Under the pieces are notes generated by a model. That model did no database searches and was not told the DNA's origin. It worked only from the letters and a program-made list of their open reading frames with translations. Position numbers and translations under genes: made by a program. This document shows positions 62,496-64,000 of a DNA stretch of 64,000 nt, in pieces. This stretch comes from Tubiluchus corallicola (Eukaryota > Animalia > Priapulida), in the NCBI GenBank assembly GCA_030141605.1, contig JAQGDQ010000029.1:558001-622000 (forward strand). The letters run 5' to 3'. How positions within the stretch are numbered: position 1 is the first letter of the stretch; each line of letters starts with the position of its first letter.

Positions 62496-63368
62496 TCGTT
62501 CATTGACCATTCCCTGCTCTCTCACTTTCCTCAGATTATAAACTTAAGAATCAACTTGATCAGTACTTTTTTCGATGCGCCCTGCAGAAGTAAAAAAAAG
62601 AATGCCCCAAGAAAACCCGGCATTTTTTAACATCTCCTGCAAACTACTTTGTGTTTGTCATAAGCCAGACGAAATGTTATCGCTTAGCAGAACTACTTTG
62701 ACGAAAACTGTTTGCCGAGTATGAGAGTGAAGTAAGTCCCAGTAAGACTCAGTTTTGTATTGAAGGTGATCAAAGCTGAAGCAATCATTTTACTCAAATG
62801 AAAACATCTTGTATAACAAAACTAGTAGCACATAATAGAACTAAGCGGATAATCTAAGTATATTTTGAAAACATGTACTGCATAAAAAATATAAGCCACC
62901 CATGTTAGTTTAGTATCTTTTAAGTCTCGTTTTGCAAAACAGAGACGTTTAGTTTCGTTTAGAAACGTTTAGTTAGATTAAAGTAAAGCTGGTTTGGAAA
63001 TACAGTGAAATTAATGAAAACGTTAAATATTTTACCTTAGTAATCAATAATCTGGTCTGTGCGCATGACTGTCAAGCTGTGTCATCTACTCCTATTGGAC
63101 AAACTTTCGACGTCATCAAATCTGTACTGTGACAGTTTAATCAGAGATTAAACTCTTACTTTGCGCTCTGTACACATTCATAGGACTGGAGAAAATTATA
63201 GCGTACCTGATTAATATATTGGGTGTTTTTGAAGGTGCGTTGAACAATCAGCAAAATAAATTCAAACACCGTATAGTGGTTTTCCAGCTAAACATTTACC
63301 TCAAGAATTTTCGTTTTCAAAACAAAACTGCTTTACAAATCACTACTTGAACGAAGAGCTTAGAGAAA

Positions 63369-63564
63369 ATGTACACACTCAAATTCGAGTCTTTCATCCC
63401 TGTGTTCATCACACTGAGTTTGGCATCATGTTATCCCAGAGGAGCTCCAAAGGGACGCTGCATGAACATGTTACCGAATCATCGAGTTGATCCGAGTACA
63501 GATCCTCCTCCCGTCTGGCTTGATGTCCGAAGCGCCGAATACGAACCAGGTGGAGAAGTAAGAG
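63369..63564 (+). CDS. Reeler-domain secreted protein (defense protein or ferric-chelate reductase-like), first coding exon
   Basis: Signal peptide, then YPRGAPKGRCMNMLPNH...Y.PG..V, the Reeler N-terminal motif; phase-1 donor AG|GTAGGA. No further exon recognised in the window. Confidence 0.85.
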
Positions 63565-64000
63565 GTAGGAACAAAATGAAGTAAATGATTATTTTTAGGA
63601 TTGTCTAACAACAGAAACGGAAGCTGGGTTCAGAGTTAAAGCTTTCAAAATGAAATGTTTGTTAGACTCGGTTGCATCTCGCCTATATATGCTTTTAAAC
63701 ATGAAAATTAATCATCTGTTTCGGAAAAAAATAAAAAAATATTTTGTAAAAATCATATTTGTTTTCCTTTAAAACAGATACTATCTGTTTTTCTTGAGAT
63801 CGGATAAAATCAACAAGACTAAGACCACAATTTTTATGAAAATGTTATTAATATCATTATTAGGTGATTTTGGTATCAACAGTGGCATATATTGTTGGTA
63901 TAATTTGTTATCACAATTTGAATGACAATTATAATTTGTTTCAATTAAAAGGACCTTATTTAGGGATGCGCCGTACTTATTTTGTATAATTATCCTTAAT

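Overview
AT-rich invertebrate (bilaterian animal) genomic DNA with spliceosomal introns and dense transposon debris. In order: (1) a 4.77-kb Gypsy/Mag-clade LTR retrotransposon (709-5473) with identical 81-bp LTRs, a GATAA target-site duplication, a tRNA-Arg PBS and two frameshifts; (2) an 18-bp minisatellite; (3) the 3' exons of a GATA4/5/6 transcription factor (9068-10494), with features 1 and 2 probably lying in its upstream intron; (4) a spliced, cysteine-rich pentraxin gene largely missed by the ORF track (about 20.8-26.8 kb, reconstructed as 255 aa), followed by a frameshifted duplicate of its largest exon; (5) three tandem single-exon CDSs: a CUB-like/EGFx4/WAP/TM membrane protein, a CCDC178-like coiled-coil protein and a prolyl 3-hydroxylase; (6) a repeat-rich stretch with a long inverted repeat and an unidentified decayed ORF; (7) a solitary intact 5S rRNA gene; (8) the first coding exon of a Reeler-domain secreted protein. 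Kolobok-, mariner-, Harbinger- and hAT-type non-autonomous elements, LINE ends and compound microsatellites fill the gaps. All family calls come from motif recognition by eye, with no database search. I found no clear-cut new multi-gene system. The best leads are the atypical pentraxin, the CUB-EGF-WAP membrane protein and the intronless gene trio.
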